A stretch of 63,998 nt of DNA, the filler included, from Octopus bimaculoides (taxonomy: Eukaryota): assembly GCF_001194135.2 (NCBI RefSeq). It is 5 parts of 4 records of this genome, joined end to end, with 100 filler letters (N's around TTAATTAATTAA, not from the genome) between each part and the next. Parts side by side here need not be neighbours in the genome. Positions count along the whole stretch, not along the records: positions 1 to 20,895 come from NC_068982.1; 4 more parts are not named here. The stretch is one strand, 5' to 3'. A program made the position numbers and the translations under genes. The notes under the pieces were generated by a model. That model saw nothing but the letters and a program-made list of their open reading frames with translations. It made no database searches and was not told the DNA's origin. Positions 1 through 10,832 of the stretch are shown piece by piece; within the stretch, counting starts at the first letter, position 1, and every line of letters begins with the position of its first letter.

Positions 1-41
1 CGGTAGTGAAGTGAAAGCACGTTATAAAAATAAAACTACTG

Positions 42-66
42 AATAATAATAATAATGATGATGATG

Positions 67-156
<90 letters not shown>

Positions 157-185
157 GTAGTAGTAGTAGTAGTAGTAGTAATAAT
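42..185. repeat. (AAT)n/(AGT)n microsatellite
   Basis: Direct reading of the trinucleotide run. Confidence 0.95.
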
Positions 186-578
186 GGCTACTTTATTTGA
201 CACTAACTTAGCTGTATAGAATTATTAAAACAGTTAAGAGACCTTATATCGATCGACGTTTATGAAAATGCTTCCGTAATAATTAACAAATATGTGCATA
301 TCCTGGATTTATTTCAACAAATAACTGATATGATGCCACTAACATAGAGACGGTGGATATTTAAGTTTATGAATAGCTTTAACACTAAAACAATGTTAAT
401 TATTTTTTCATTCAACCAACAGCTGGCTTTTGATACTAAGAGTGAATAATTTCTAGGAAATTTAGAATAATCATTACCATTTCATATAAAGAATAAAATG
501 ATAAGTAGCAATGAATAAGTAGCAAATAAAGGAGAAAAGGGAAATATTTACGAATAGGAAAGAAAACTTAATAGATAA

Positions 579-792
579 TCTCTAGGCACAAGGTCTGAAA
601 ATTTTGGGTTAGTGGGGGGGCGCCAATGGACTAGATCGACACCAGTACGCAACTGGTACTTAATTTATCGACTCCGAAATGATTAAAGGCAAAGTCGACC
701 TTGGCGGAATTTGAACTCAGAATGTAAGGACACATAAAATACCGGTAAATATTTCGCCCGGCGTGCTAACGTTTCTGCCAGCTCACCGCATT
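579..792 (-). mobile_element. tRNA-derived SINE, family A (tail type 2)
   Basis: Reverse complement of head GAGCTGGCAGAAACGTTAGC...GAGTTCAAATTCCGCC (A/B box-like), body GTCGACTTTGCCTTT...AGTACCAGT, and tail ...TTGTGCCTAGA. Many homologous copies in the window. Confidence 0.9.
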
Positions 793-957
793 CAAACTTA
801 ATAGAAATTGCAAAAAATAATATTAATAGTCTAACAAAATGCATTTCCGAGTATAGAAAGGATATGTAGATGAAAATTTCAAAGGACATGAATATCAGAA
901 AAACCTGAATGGAGCACATAAATAATCTTTCTTAATATAGGAGGGAAGACTGACATG

Positions 958-1032
958 CTGAGAACGTAAAGACTGAAGAAATGCCGCTAAGTATTTTGTC
1001 CGGCGTACTAAAGATTCTGTGAGCTCGTCGCC
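958..1032 (-). mobile_element. SINE family A, head fragment
   Basis: Diverged match to the first ~75 nt of the family A head. Confidence 0.7.
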
Positions 1033-1477
1033 CAAAGGAAGTATACACATACCATGACACGTGACTTGGATTTGTGCAAGATAAAGAAAAATAGGTTAAA
1101 GTTGAGAAACTCAATCATCAAGTTAGGATATGGATATCAGAGGAGTATGCTACTACCATAAGACGATTTCGTAACACAAGGCAACAAGTTCAGACTTACA
1201 AAAATAAAATTATGAGATTTACCATAAAGAAAAATAGCTATGGTAGATCACTCGCCCCCGAGTACACTTTTGACTAAATTCAGGTTTGAAACTGCAGAGT
1301 ATGAAAGTTTCTGAAACTCACATGTAAAGAATCTGTCTAAATATTAAGCTGAACCGGTTATTTAACAAATCGTCATATGTAAAACTGAAAATTCACTGCT
1401 TTTGATTACATCCATAAAAGTGTTTATCCCTAGCAATTTACATCTGGCGTAAATAAACATTGTCTAGAAAATTTATG

Positions 1478-2607
1478 TACGAGGATCGGCTGAAAAGTTT
1501 ATACGCTCACCAAGATACTCTCACAGAATGTGACCAAATAAGATTTATTTTTCAACATAGTCCTCTTTGCAGATGGTTCCCATCCAAGTGTTTTTTCATG
1601 TTGGGGACAGATGATAATTAGATGGGGCCAAATCAGGAGAATAGGGAGGGTGATGAATCAGTTTAAAGCCACAGTTACACATAGCAGCTATTAAACAAAC
1701 GACGTCCTGATGAAACAAGATCTCTTTTATCAGATTTCCTGGACATATGGTTCTTGAAAGCCTTTCGTAACTGCCTCAGTAAATTGGCATTGTACTCTTC
1801 AATGATGGCGTGGCCCTTTTGGAGATAGTAAATAAATACTTTTGCATCTCAAAAGACAGACATTCACCTTCGCTGCAGATAAAACGACCATGGCTTTCTT
1901 TGGAGCAGGTGAGGAGGGATATTTTCCCTGTATGGGTTGTTTATTTGTCTTTGGCTCAAAGTAATGAATTCCACACTTATCCAGGGTTGAGAAACTTTCG
2001 AGGAAACGAGCTTAGTCTGTTTCAAACAATGTCAGATTTTCCCCGTGATGTGATCAGCCTGTTGCGCTATTTCTCAAGTTTAAGAAGTGACATCCACCGA
2101 GCAGAAACCTTCTTGTGAAGTTCATTGTGCAGAACATTCTTAACTCTCTTACGAGATATGCTAATAGCATTGGTTATTTGATTTATACCTGTCAACCACT
2201 ATCGTGTGGTGAACACGATCAATGTTTTCTTCGGTAGTAGGAGTACCCGGACGTCCAGACCTTGGGTGATATTCAAAACTTTCCCTTCCCCTCCGAAATG
2301 GAGTTGCCCACTGTTAATAAAGCTGGCGCGTCATTCCTTAATGTAGTCTCCATGTTAGCATGAATGTCCTTGAGAGCTAAACCCTTTTTCTGTAGGTACT
2401 TGATAACACCTCAATGTCAAATTTAGTCGATTTTCAAGAGAAGAGGCTACTACTTATTTTTCAATCCATGTTTGAACAGTCAGATGTCAGTTTACCTGGA
2501 AAGATACAATGCAATTAATAAGAAGGTTGAGATTAATGCATGCAGGATTTCACAGCTCTAGCATCACCCTTTCATAGTCAACCTATGAACTTTTCAGCCT
2601 ACACTAA
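1478..2607 (-). mobile_element. Decayed mariner (Tc1/mariner) DNA transposon
   Basis: TA + CGAGG...GGCTGAAAAGTT at the left end and AACTTTTCAGCC near 2589-2599 form degenerate TIRs. Minus-strand remnants include VIKYLQKKG, PRSGRP, KVSARW, HYFEPKT and PPYSPDLAPSNYHL (the mariner YSPDLAPSD motif), with stops and frameshifts. Confidence 0.9.
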
Positions 2608-3517
2608 GGTCAAACACTAAGAGAGTTTGAGGAGATTCATATAAAAGTCATAAAAGGATTTAGTTTTTGAGATGTTTTATAACAGAGTCAATGAAACAGT
2701 TCGCCAATACTTTGATTAAATCTATAGTAGTAAATAGCTAGACATTTATATTTTCAGCTATTTAATGGTGTAAAATTATGATTCAGAAAAATAAGAGTAG
2801 GTCTCTTATAGTGATTCTTGTTCGATTCATTTGGAAACTTGCAAAAGGTAATAAAATATACGTAGCAAATATATTTTCCTTTATAGCAAATGAACTAATT
2901 TGAAATTATTAAGTGATTAGGTTTCGTTCCTGCTCTACAAATACTAAAAACATTTGTATGTCACGATATGTTTAATATATCTGAAAAGTATACCTGTCAT
3001 ATTAGGCCGATCAGTCATTAAATACGATTCCAAATTACTGGATAAAAAGAATATCAATAATTTGCTCTGAAGGCTGGAAAAATCTTACAAGAAATCCTAC
3101 TTTTACCATCTTTTATTCATTCGTTGATGAAAGTTTTCATTTTAATGACCATGTAACGACACACGTGCTTTTCACCGGACCATCTACATCCTCCTCCTTT
3201 TCCTCTTCTCTGGTCTTCTCCCTCTATCCGTTGAAGAGCAATACTGGAAACGTCATTTACATTTAAAACTTTCTGGGAATCAACCTATTAAATTCACTGT
3301 GTACGTCCAATTCACTTTCGTTGTTTTGCTGGGGTTTTTTTTATCCTTGGATTTGGTTTGGTCTAATAGTAGAACGCCTGACGTGCTTACCCGAGTTGTT
3401 TCGTGTTCTACGAGCAGCCTCCGTCTATGTCAATATAACCCAAAAGTTACACACTTTTATTTATAGCTTTATTTGCTTCGAGAGATTCACCGTCTCTACA
3501 TAGATACATACATACAT

Positions 3518-3793
3518 GATGGCTGCCCCCTCGTTATCGAGTATGGCCATTGCACGAAGCTTAATTTAACGGTGTTGTGATCGAATGTGACTTTTTAGCC
3601 CAGTCAAAGATCTACAATGTCTTGCACAGAGTTGGCATCCAAAACCTTTACTGGCAATAGCTGGCTGTTGTTGTAATTGGGCTCCATGTACTTCAGCGTG
3701 TCGTTTAAGTCCTCCTGCTGAATTACACTCCCTTCTACATGCCCGACAGACATGATTAGTATGGTGTGTAGCATCATCACCAGCGGCCTGGTA
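3518..3793 (-). mobile_element. 5'-truncated RTE-clade LINE 3' end with two C2H2 zinc fingers
   Basis: Peptide CRACRRECNSAGGLKRHAEVH...CQLCARHCRSLTGLKSHIRSQH, stop at 3566-3568, short 3' UTR with CTCG-ATAA-CGAG hairpin, then an (ATGT)n tail. GLxSH-type C-terminal fingers are typical of RTE ORF2. Confidence 0.7.
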
Positions 3794-3800
3794 ACATACA

Positions 3801-3833
<33 letters not shown>

Positions 3834-6373
3834 GTATAGGTAGGTAGGTATGCATATTTAACAGGAAGTATTTGCTTAAGCCTTTTGCAACTGAAACTTT
3901 TAGTAAAATATCTCTATCTCACTTCTGTATCTAACTTTTATTATTTGTTACAAACTGTCCTCGATCTTTCCCTCTCATTTACATGTTTTTCTTGTTCTCG
4001 TTGTCCCAATCTTGTTTCATGTGATCTGAATACAATATTCCCACTCTATAAAATTTCCTTTCATCATCAAGGTGTGGATGCTGCGAAATGAATATTAATT
4101 TTTCTTTAATAAATTGTCAGTTAATGCCGAGGCTCACCTTATCAACAAGGCCGCTAGCAGAGCAGCGAACGGAAGCTACAATTCTCTACTGCAATGTCAC
4201 TCATATCACTGCAAATATATTCACATCGTTCATTATAGTGAACCACAATAATTCATTCTCAATACCATTAACAAGACATTTAATACATCATAAAAATATT
4301 GTGTTTGATAATATTACAATGTACTTGAACATTGTAAAATTCGTCATTTAAAATGCATAAAATATTTTTGCTGCAAGACTTCATACATGATTTTGGAATC
4401 ACGTGCTGAAAAATGACAATTTTTTTCTGTATTTTTAATCATAAAGTATCTAATGTTTCAGAAAAGGAGAGTTTCTACTTAGTAGATCGACCTGCTAGAA
4501 AGAGCAGCCGAAATTCTCTCTTGAAATCAGACAACTACCGTCATGACAAAATAAAAATCATATCACATATTTCTAAACAAAAGAAAACAATGGGTTGGCA
4601 TGAACAGGACGTTTTCAGTTATAAGTTTGCTAAATCAGAGCTGGCCTGATGCAAAGTAGCAATAACATTCTATCAATACATGACTCCCTTTGAAAGTTTT
4701 AGACATTTAGTTCGTTATATTGAGTGTAGCCCTTACTTTCCAATATCTAGTAGCAAAATCATAATGTTTGATAATGTTCTTTTACAGTCACACATACGAC
4801 AATGGCATACACTTCAATTTCAACGAACATAAGCAACATATATCATTCACGAAGAAGTACATTTACTTATCTATAACTGCTTTCAAATCCAAAATTATAC
4901 ATAGATGATTGTATATCCTCCATCTATTTCGACGGGGTGCACTCCGGTTACATAAGACGACTTATGTCTTTATTAATTATCTTCGCCACTAAAGGTTGTA
5001 TTACTATTACCAAATAGCAATTAAAATGTACTCAAGAATCCGCCAAAGATCAGATGACATGCCATTGAGAACAAAAGTAGGCTTGTTATCCAAAGCTAAG
5101 AATACAGTCGTGTTTCTGGCACACTAGCCATCATCATCACAATCGCCCGACCTTATTTCCATTAGTCAAAAGACCTAGGCTTTTACAAAAACGCATTTAT
5201 GACCCAGACAATTTGCATAATTTAAAGACAAATGAGAAAAATTACTCAGAGTAGCTAGCTTTGTTATCAAAACAGAAGTATAAGTATATAAACAAGATAA
5301 ATTCTTGATTTATTTACTTTTCTCCAGCTCTGGAGTTTGTATCATTTTTACCAAATGGCAATTAAGTCCAGATACTTGTAGCCTTAATACAGCCCTTGGG
5401 AAGAATCAGTTTTTCACAGCATGATAACACGGTCCTTTGGAATATGCATAGTGCAACTACACAACTTCTACACAGTTTTTATTTACAATTTAATTCAAAA
5501 GATCTCGATCGCCAGGAGGTGATAAGCAAGACACAATTTTCAGAAAGAAACTGGGACATCATGATTGCAAAGTAAATACAAATACATATATATGCGTATG
5601 TATACACATACATAGGCAAATACATACACACTCACATGCACATTTGCACATATATACACATTAGCATTCATCCCTAATGTATCGGACAGTCAGAGAAAGC
5701 TCTTCTCTGAAGAAAACGTGCAACGTCGTTGACGACTACAAAACCCGGCATGGGAATAGCAGAAGCGAGCGAGTATCATACTCAGCGGACACTCAATCAG
5801 CCTGCGTGAAATGCTCGTGTAATGACAAAAAGTCTACACGGCAGAGTGAATAGCATCAGCGCACAAATACGATCAAAAATATCCGAAATAAAACAAAGAC
5901 ATGGCTTGCGCAGTACAACATTATCTCGTCATATGCAAAAACGACCGCAACCAAAGCAAATACTAATCACCTCGAAGCAAAATAGTTATTGATCAGAAAT
6001 TATATTGATCGGAGCAAACTTAGTTTTATTGAGAGTGACACTTCTTAGACAAACTGGTTTCAGTAGCGCAAAAAGAGAACATGTCTATCAGTCAAAATAG
6101 GTAGAGCGATTGCCCATCAATTCGCTTATTTCTATGTTTTTGCCCACTAATGCTTTATAGCCGACGAGCCAATACTTCCCACGTCCATCCTTTCGTTCCT
6201 GTGAGTTTGTAGCTACCATCTCGTCTTCGGAGATGGTCTCGTGGGGCATGATGGTTGAGCCGTCGACAAAACTGCTATGTAATAACGCTGTTATTCGTTA
6301 CTTTCACGAATAACACACACACACACACAGAACCACAAACACACATTATATATATATGTGTGTATGTATGTGT

Positions 6374-6404
<31 letters not shown>

Positions 6405-6449
6405 CGGTAAATGAAAGACGGAAGATTGAATAGACGAAAATTTTTATTA

Positions 6450-6555
6450 ATCACGACAATTGTTTCGACGCATCCAACATGGATCCCTCACGAGTGGGAC
6501 ATTTAGCAACTGGTTCAGGAGCCTCCGGCAGTGCAGATGTGTTTCATCGCGTGAT
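6450..6555 (-). ncRNA. Degenerate type I hammerhead ribozyme motif with long stem II loop
   Basis: Minus strand: ATCAC-GCGATGA-AACACATCT-[~60 nt]-GGATGCGTC-GAA-ACAATTGT-C-GTGAT. Stem I is 5 bp perfect, stem III palindromic, GUC site present; the core CUGAUGA is mutated to GCGAUGA. Confidence 0.5.
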
Positions 6556-6954
6556 AAATAGATACAAATCGTTAAAATAACAGTTCTGCAATGTATCTTC
6601 TCATTTCCTGGAAAGAAAAACAGCCAAACGAAGGAAATATCACAGTTGCAAAAAAGAAACGAACACGCAATACAGCGAGAAAAGTATTAAAAATAACCTT
6701 TAACAGATATGGATGTATGAACGTTCTCGCACAAGCTGCATGGCACGTGTACACTCGCTCATACAAGCATCCACGAAAATGTAAACGTACGCAAACGTGT
6801 GGTTTGGTGCACACACGATCACAAAGCGAGTTAGATAGCTGCTTGGTGTTTATAAGAACGAGGAGGTTAAAGCTAAACTTAATTCATCTATACCTTAATG
6901 TAAGTTATGCTAACAGTTACCCAAATTTATTTCCACGGCATTGTGCGAAAGTTC

Positions 6955-7350
6955 ATTTATATGCGTGTAGGCATCTTGAGTGTCTTTCAGAAATTCTACA
7001 AATGATCTTCTCATTGGTCCACAGAACAGACAGAGATTCCTCGGGGCAGAGTCGGCATCTTCTGGAAATTCTATTGTATTGTTTTGCATGCTTTTCTATG
7101 GACCAAGCTATGTTATACTTAAATTTATCTTCCTTCAGTCGTCACACAAAATCAGCCAAATATATTGAATGTCTCTTATTGATTTTCTTAAGCTGGCGAT
7201 ATGGTTGCGATAACAATTTTTAAATGAATCAGCCATCTGCCCAATGTGAACATTCGGCCCTCCCTTGGTGTGTACGCTACATTTATATACAGGATTTGTG
7301 CTCAAACAGAGGTTCATCAATGGGCATTTTGATTTTTCCCTGCATGAGCA
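6955..7350 (-). pseudogene. Penelope-like (Naiad-type) GIY-YIG endonuclease remnant
   Basis: CSCREKSKCPLMNLC (CxCx5C) ... VYKCSV ... HIGQMADSFKNCYRNHIASL. After a frameshift: LKEDKFKYNIAWSIEKHAKQYNRISRRCRLCPEESL...SRCLH. Confidence 0.8.
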
Positions 7351-7430
7351 TTTATCATATTTATTTGTATATATGCCAGTTCTGACTTCATTTTCCGACG
7401 TTGTTACCATGTTAGCTATAACATAACCAT

Positions 7431-7576
7431 TTATATACACTATTTACATTTCATGGATATTTGTCCTCATCTTCCTCGTTGTTAACACAACGTTTCGGCT
7501 GATATACCCTCCAGCATTCATCAGGAGTCTTGGGGAAATTTCGAGCCTAGGTTCTCATTCCTAAGGTATTTTTTTA

Positions 7577-7656
<80 letters not shown>

Positions 7657-7744
7657 TCACTGCCTGGAATCGAACTCGGAATCTTGGGGATAGTAGTCCC
7701 AATAATGGTACATAATTCCTCATCTCTTAAATATAGAACTGTAT
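7431..7744 (-). mobile_element. Composite tRNA-head/hammerhead short element, copy 1
   Basis: Minus strand: partial tRNA-like head (7700-7653, B box GAGTTCGATTCC), (TAA)n linker (7652-7579), HHR module, 3' tail. The terminal ~44 nt of the element occur inverted at 7701-7744. Homologous to 50015-50334. Confidence 0.8.
7484..7529 (-). ncRNA. Minimal type I hammerhead ribozyme (dimer type), one mismatch each in stems I and II
   Basis: GACTC-CTGATGA-A-TGCTG-GAGGGTATAT-CAGCC-GAA-ACGT-T-GTGTT: intact core, palindromic ACGT stem III, predicted cleavage between 7489 and 7488. Confidence 0.7.
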
Positions 7745-7894
7745 AAGCATTTATATTATTACAATTTGGCCGTATCTGGTACTTTTCATTGCGGTTTACA
7801 TCTCCTTTATTGATACTTAGAGGTAAAAAAAGGATAAAATAATTATGATTGTATTTAACATATCCCTCTTTCAGATTCATGCACTTAGTGCAGC

Positions 7895-8085
7895 GCTGCT
7901 TCACGACCACCACAACTTGTCAATCAGTGTTTGTTTTGGATTTAGCGGTTCGCAAATTTTCAGAATATGTACCAAACCTTAAAAAAGGCCAGTAAAAACT
8001 TTGTTCGATTTGTTCGCGTAAAACCCTCAAGGTAGTGCCCCAGCATGCCCGCAATTCAATGAGTGAAACACTAAGATAAAAGAAA
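7895..8085 (+). mobile_element. SINE family B, 3' portion
   Basis: Tail GGTAGTGCCCCAGCATG...TGAAAC...ATAAAAG shared with 33560-33925 and 43585-44075. Confidence 0.65.
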
Positions 8086-9411
8086 CAGAGTCGAGCCGTG
8101 AGTAATACAAGTTTTATTCGAGTTTTTCACAATTATTATTTTAATTATCAAAATAATTAGATAGACTAATATAATTTGCATAAGAAAAAATGAAGCCGAA
8201 ACAATGTGGTTGGAAAGTGAGTTTCTTAACCTCGCTGCCGTGCCTGCGCATTTGATAAAAATAACAACAACAATAATAACGGGGATAACGATGGTGGTGG
8301 TAACGGGGATAAGTAACAATGATAAAAATAACCATTCATGCCGCGATTGACTTTGTGCTTCATCCATCTACAGTTGATAAATGATATCTGCAGCAAGTTT
8401 AGAGGTGAGCAAACTTTGTATAATCGAGTATTCGAGTTGTTATATTTAACTGTTAAATCTTTCAGAATATTTGGTAATGTGGCAAACCGATGATTTTAGT
8501 GACATCGTAGCAATACAGATATAATGAAGAAGAAAAAAAGAAATCGTCGGAGGAGCGATGCATATTCCGCGTGCAGATAAATCTTTTCGCAAATTATAAT
8601 GTCGCTTACAATTCGTTGATTACCCATGCTTTTTAATTGAACTGAATGATTTCATTTTATTTTAAAGTATCACCATCATAGGTATTTATACTCCGGTGAA
8701 ATTAAGAAATCAACACACATACGCACGAACACATACACAGGGTCGCATATGTATGGGTGTATGTATGTATGTATGTGCGAACACGAGTCTACGCGCATAG
8801 GTACTCCATGAACTATACACATGCAAACGAGGGTCGATTCATATGATAAAGAAAGTGAACAAAATAATATGACCACTTGCTTATTGGGAAATTTGTAAGT
8901 TCAATTTATTAATACTTTTTAACGATAACCAAACCAAACATTCATCATTTCAAGCCACCCACTCAATGCGTATTTCTGCCAAATGTGGTGAAAATCCGTC
9001 AAAGATGAGTGATTACAATACCCTGTTTTCACTTACTCGCGCAGGGTAAAAATCCTCATTTATATTGATACATTATTACAAGAAAAAAATACAATATACT
9101 AATGAGTCATAATCATCATTACAATTGCCAAACGATGACTGATAGTGACATTGCGATGCACAGATGTTGTGCATCTTAATGTCTCCGCCAATTTATTTTA
9201 ATTAATCTCATTAGAGGGGATTATGCTCATTGACTTACCAGGACATGGCAGACGGATATAAATTGATAGATGTATTTGGATGGAGTGGGTGTACATGTGG
9301 CAAACATTTTAACACCTAAATTATAAATATGTGGAAATAGTATGTAATGAATATTTTCACCTATTTTAAGGTATGTTTAATATACATAAAAGAAGTTTCG
9401 ATATCATATGA

Positions 9412-9627
9412 AGGCGGCTACCCGGCAGAATTGATACTGTGCCGGGAAAAATGTTTAACAACATTTAATCCGTCTTCATGTTTTGAGTTCAAATTCTGCC
9501 GAGGTCGACTTTGCCTTCCATCTTTCGGAGGCGATAAAATTAAGTACCAGTTGGGCACTGGATTCTGTGTAATCGACTTCCCACCACCACCACCACCGAA
9601 ACTGTTGACATTGTGCCGAAATCTGAA
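9412..9627 (+). mobile_element. SINE family A (diverged)
   Basis: GAGTTCAAATTCTGCCGAGGTCGACTTTGCCTT...AAGTACCAGTT body. Confidence 0.85.
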
Positions 9628-9743
9628 TTCAATATCACACACACATTTATATATATATATATATATATATNNNNNNNNNNCAACCTGTATTATTCCAACG
9701 AAAATGTTGATTGGTATATCAAAGTTTCAGCTTTTTATGTATT

Positions 9744-9793
9744 CGGACTCGCTGATGAAGGCGATATGGCCGAAACTTTGAAGTACTGGTCCG
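9744..9793 (+). ncRNA. Type I hammerhead ribozyme with intact catalytic core
   Basis: Stem I CGGACTCG/CTGGTCCG (8 bp, one mismatch, one GU); CTGATGA at 9752-9758; extra A; stem II GGC-GATATG-GCC; GAA; stem III ACT-TTGA-AGT; cleavage triplet GUA (A9785). Confidence 0.75.
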
Positions 9794-9814
9794 TAATGTT
9801 TTAATTGTATATAG

Positions 9815-9989
9815 ATGTGTGTGTGTGTGAGTGTGTGTGTGTCTGTGTGTGTGCGTGTGTGTGTGTGCGTGTGTGTATGTGTCAGAATGTGTGTGTGTAT
9901 TCCTATTGACCAGACTATCCGCTGTTGTGACTTTCAAATTATACCATCTTGTTGGGTAGGCGCACAAACACACATTATATATATATATA

Positions 9990-10081
<92 letters not shown>

Positions 10082-10156
10082 NNNNNNNNNNNNNNNNNNN
10101 NNNNNNNNNNNNNNNNNNNNNNNNNNNNNNNNNNNNNNNNNNNNNNNNNNNNNNNN

Positions 10157-10187
<31 letters not shown>

Positions 10188-10190
10188 GGC

Positions 10191-10243
<53 letters not shown>
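9815..10243. repeat. Compound microsatellite (GT)n(TA)n(GA)n - gap - (CAGA)n(TAGA)n
   Basis: Direct reading; includes an N gap at 10082-10156. Confidence 0.95.
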
Positions 10244-10244
<1 letters not shown>

Positions 10245-10623
10245 TTACATATACATATATATCAGTTACTTCAATGTTTCGCTTTGCCGATTCCTTTTAC
10301 AGAGGCACAGGTACTTTTGAAATTCATAAGTAAATGTCCTATTTCAAGGATAGCAGACAGATAGACACAGAGACATATATAATTCAATTATCAACATTAC
10401 CGCTGCATGAACACGATAAATATAATTTCAGATTTGCAATAGTGTTGTTTAAGCTTAGAGAATCCTTGGAGCCCACCAAACTTTCAATTTTGTCATTATT
10501 TTTCTTGAAAATCATAAAATTATATAATTAAATTTAGTTCAAGTGTAAAATTTTGTAGATTATTGCGTGAAGGTAAGAATAAACAAAAATAGACACCAGA
10601 AGACTAAGTATCTAAATAATATA

Positions 10624-10832
10624 TTCTACTCTAGGCACAAGGCACGAAATTTTAGGGGAGGGGGCTATTTGATTAGATCGACCCCAGTACGCAACTGGTA
10701 CTTAATTTATCGATCCCGAAAGGATGAAATGCAAAGTCGACCTCAGCGGTATTTGAACTCATTACATAAAGACAGACGAAATACGGACGAAAAGCATTTC
10801 GCCCGGCGTACTAACGTTTCTGCCAGCTCACC
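10624..10832 (-). mobile_element. SINE family A (tail type 2)
   Basis: Close homolog of 579-792. Confidence 0.9.

Larger units (their letters stand above)
6400..7350 (-). mobile_element. Penelope-like element fragment (GIY-YIG endonuclease region + 3' noncoding region/pLTR)
   Basis: Endonuclease remnant at 6955-7350, followed downstream on the same strand by a noncoding tract carrying an HHR-like motif at 6450-6555. Confidence 0.7.

Noticed and set aside
3566-3790. Host C2H2 zinc-finger gene exon
   Set aside because: An RTE-type UTR hairpin and repeat tail follow the stop and the 5' side abuts a microsatellite without a splice acceptor, so a LINE origin is more parsimonious.
4925-4965. Hammerhead-like remnants (also ~5707-5755 and ~51183-51215)
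   Set aside because: Each has a near-core heptamer and a hairpin but lacks an intact GAAA/NUH or stem I; too degenerate to call.
7320-7350. Possible selenocysteine codon in the Naiad CxCx5C motif
   Set aside because: Some Naiads use UGA here, but all three positions in this copy are TGC cysteines.
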